Positions 53,818 through 55,433 of a stretch of 55,433 nucleotides of DNA are shown here, piece by piece. The first letter of the stretch is position 1. Every line of letters begins with the position of its first letter. A program made the translations under genes and the position numbers. Source of the stretch: Candidatus Saccharimonadales bacterium (GTDB taxonomy: Bacteria; Patescibacteriota; Saccharimonadia; Saccharimonadales; UBA10212); the NCBI GenBank assembly GCA_035694865.1, contig DASSFC010000020.1, forward strand, positions 1 through 55,433, given 5' to 3'. The notes beneath the pieces were generated by a model, which did no database searches, was not told the origin of the DNA, and saw only the letters and a program-made list of their open reading frames with translations.

Positions 53818-53833
53818 AACAGGGGTGATTATA
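53818..53833 (-). promoter_or_regulatory. Conserved tRNA promoter block TGC-TATAAT-CACCCCTGTT
   Basis: An extended -10, 12 nt upstream of G-1 of tRNA-His. Confidence 0.6.
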
Positions 53834-53848
53834 GCAGTTATTGACTTC

Positions 53849-54052
53849 TCAGACTAGGCTATTTGGTTCCTCGACTTGATAAAGCTCGATTGCCAATTGG
53901 CCGACATGGCCACCCAATCGTTGTGCCTGGAGTCTCTGTTTTGCTTCAATCATTTCCTGGCTGCCTGACCACAACGAGCTGGATGTTGTTTTTTCGGCTT
54001 CGGGCATTGTCTCGGCTACCGAAGCAGGCATCTGTTCATTCTGACACTTCAT
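53849..54052 (-). CDS. Doubtful 67-aa ORF
   Basis: ORF only, with no SD and no motif. Confidence 0.2.
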   Translation of the reverse strand: MKCQNEQMPASVAETMPEAEKTTSSSLWSGSQEMIEAKQRLQAQRLGGHVGQLAIELYQVEEPNSLV

Positions 54053-54188
54053 CTTAAGCGTAAGTATAAAGAAAATCTTCAACGAGGAAAAGAAAATCCG
54101 TGCCAAATCACTCGGGCCTATGGAATTCTTGGTACAACACGGTGAACAAGGTTAGAACCGCACTCGTTGGAATTTCCTGAATTAGAAA

Positions 54189-54239
54189 AGCGCCCTTTTC
54201 AGGGCGCTATGGACGGAAGTCATCCATGCTTCCGTCCAT
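54189..54239 (-). terminator. Two tandem hairpins downstream of the TGA-interrupted ORF (AGCGCCC/GGGCGCT 7 bp; ATGGACGGAAG/CTTCCGTCCAT 11 bp)
   Basis: Read directly. On the minus strand the distal hairpin is followed by TTTTCT. Confidence 0.55.
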
Positions 54240-54250
54240 TGGAGGCGCGG

Positions 54251-54628
54251 TTATTCGACAACTGCCCAGTGACCTTCCTTGATCGGGATGAAAGTGATAG
54301 CGACCTGAGCGCTGGGGGGCAGGTTGAAGCCGCTCTTGATGGAAAGTGCGATCTTCTCGATTCGATCTCCGATGTCGCGCATCCTGTCCGGGAAGTCGTA
54401 GGCAGCGACTTCGATGATCATGCATGCGTTGTCGCAGTTGACGAACGGCTGAAAGACGGTGATGTCGACTTCCATGCCGTCGAGTTCGTACAGCTCATAC
54501 CCGCCAAGACTCGGCACTCAGCAGCTCATCCACTGGGCAACGACCGTCTTGATGTAATCGGTTATCTCCGTTACATCTTCCGGAACCTCAACGAGCTCTT
54601 CCGAATAGAAAAGCTTAACGTCGGGCAT
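54251..54628 (-). pseudogene. 125-codon tautomerase-superfamily-like ORF (Pro-1, DUF1904-like) interrupted by one in-frame TGA at 54518..54520
   Basis: A perfect SD AAGGAGGTG precedes the ATG at 54628. The product reads MPDVKLFYSEEL...AQWMSC-TGA-VPSLGGYELYELDG...ITFIPIKEGHWAVVE in a single frame, at about 55% GC. Confidence 0.5.
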
Positions 54629-54809
54629 GACACCTCCTTGTATAGGGCAAGCAGTTAGTTCCCCAACCACAATTCTTGTCACCCCTTTTGATGACTAAAA
54701 TACATTACCATAAATATAGAGAATAGTCAATACTATACCGTTCGAATCCTGTCTGGTCTGTGCGAGGGGTAGAAAAGTTAAAATAACAGAGATAAAATGC
54801 TTCCGGTTA

Positions 54810-54886
54810 TGGTACCCCCGGCAAGATTCGAACTTGCGACCTTGAGCTTAGAAGTCTCCTGCTCTATCCAGCTGAGCTACGGGGGC
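54810..54886 (-). tRNA. tRNA-Arg (TCT), CCA encoded, weak anticodon stem
   Basis: The acceptor, D and T arms are canonical and the loop is CTTCTAA. The anticodon stem has G27.A43 and A31.G39 mismatches, leaving 3 bp. Confidence 0.75.
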
Positions 54887-54889
54887 ATA

Positions 54890-54964
54890 TGGTGCGGGAT
54901 GGGGTAGTCGAAACCCCGTCTCAAGTTTGGAAAACTTGCATATTAACCGTTATACGAATCCCGC
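54890..54964 (-). tRNA. tRNA-Gly (TCC), CCA encoded
   Basis: GCGGGAT acceptor and anticodon arm CAAGT-TTTCCAA-ACTTG. It lies 3 nt upstream of tRNA-Arg on the same strand. Confidence 0.9.
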
Positions 54965-54980
54965 AACAGGGGTAATTATA
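54965..54980 (-). promoter_or_regulatory. Conserved tRNA promoter block TGA-TATAAT-TACCCCTGTT abutting tRNA-Gly
   Basis: Only 10 nt separate the -10 hexamer from the mature 5' end. Confidence 0.6.
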
Positions 54981-54996
54981 TCAAATTAGAGGTGTT

Positions 54997-55433
54997 TTAG
55001 TTTTGTACCCAGGCTACGTTGTCAACGTAAGCGACAATCCCGGAGTTGCCTACCAGGATTACCTGTAGGCTGGCAGACCTTACATTGGTAGAGGTCGGTG
55101 TGTAGTTAAAGCTGACTGTGCTTGTGCCAATAGCTCTGGCGCCAGTGATGTATTGGCCGGAAATCCAGTTGCCATTGGCGTCATATTCATCGATATAGAA
55201 GCCGACTTCACCGCTGGTCAACTGCTTAATATTTACATATGTGCTTATGTTATAAGTCTTGCCAGAGGTCAAAGTTATTTTAGGCGAGAACAAATGCTTG
55301 TTAACGGTAGTGGCAGTCATCTTTACTGAGTTGACAGGATTGGCCGGCGATCCGTTATTATTCGCATCAGCCACAATGTTAACCGGATCGTCAGTTGTCC
55401 AGCCCTGCGATATACCGGCATCAAAAGTGCCGT
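54997..55433 (-). CDS. C-terminal carbohydrate-binding-module-like domain (CBM4/9-like) of a larger secreted protein; 5' end outside the window
   Basis: The frame stays open to the window edge. GTFDAGISQGWTT... is followed by a beta-sandwich-like sequence. Confidence 0.5.
   Translation of the reverse strand, partial: GTFDAGISQGWTTDDPVNIVADANNNGSPANPVNSVKMTATTVNKHLFSPKITLTSGKTYNISTYVNIKQLTSGEVGFYIDEYDANGNWISGQYITGARAIGTSTVSFNYTPTSTNVRSASLQVILVGNSGIVAYVDNVAWVQN

Noticed and set aside
54518-54520. The in-frame TGA as evidence that the organism uses an alternative genetic code (UGA read as Gly or Trp).
   Set aside because: TGA terminates several well-defined genes at their expected ends (hrcA at 4947, GATase at 10881, DUF192 at 12809, tsaE at 49075), and no other conserved gene needs TGA read-through. 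The host therefore uses code 11, and the anomaly is local to this ORF.
54167-54658. A 163-aa plus-strand ORF in the GC-rich islet.
   Set aside because: It has no SD or start context. It is antisense to the minus-strand ORF, which has a perfect SD, a coherent domain-like sequence and downstream hairpins. High GC keeps several frames open.
1-55433. A search for CRISPR arrays, rRNA genes, transposases, integrases, toxin-antitoxin pairs and recognisable defence systems.
   Set aside because: I saw no regularly spaced direct repeats, no rRNA-like sequence, and no DDE, tyrosine-recombinase, HEPN, PIN or restriction-enzyme-like signatures in any ORF of the track. Absence judged by eye is not proof.

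Overview
Densely coding 55.4-kb bacterial window, roughly 48-50% GC by eye. It uses the standard genetic code: TGA clearly terminates hrcA, the GATase gene, the DUF192 gene and tsaE. Most genes are housekeeping: murJ (partial), lepA, hrcA-grpE-dnaK-dnaJ, rimK with its partner protease, comEC, yebC, ruvC-ruvA, dus, pcm, tilS-ftsH-ruvB, recA-recX, tsaE-tsaB and rny. There is also a secretin-less type IV pilus locus (pilB-pilC-pilA, three minor pilins, pilM-N-O) and nine CCA-encoding tRNAs. Shortened proteins (HrcA, ComEC, TsaB), pervasive 1-11 nt gene overlaps and the T4P plus ComEC combination fit a reduced-genome Patescibacteria/CPR organism, Saccharibacteria-like; this is inference only. I saw no transposase, integrase, CRISPR array or rRNA. 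The signals most worth a second look are: (1) a strongly over-represented palindrome, ATACTTAAC-NN-GTTAAGTAT, with six palindromic copies plus half-sites. It lies in all three reading frames of unrelated genes and at two convergent gene ends, so it is a candidate DNA-uptake, REP-like or operator signal in a genome that carries comEC, T4P and recA. (2) The chaperone operon has an extra overlapping ORF at every gene junction. One is a low-GC 164-aa ORF flanked by a perfect 24-bp duplication of the dnaK 3' tail. (3) A conserved promoter/discriminator block, TATAAT-YACCYCTGTT, sits 10-18 nt upstream of six tRNA transcription units. (4) A roughly 7.6-kb accessory segment between tRNA-fMet and tRNA-Met holds two Crp/Fnr paralogs, two RRM RNA-binding paralogs, a membrane-anchored cupredoxin and a LysM wall protein. 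(5) Two small GC-rich islets lie beside tRNA genes. One carries a tautomerase-like ORF interrupted by an in-frame TGA. All functional calls rest on motif recognition by eye; no searches were run.
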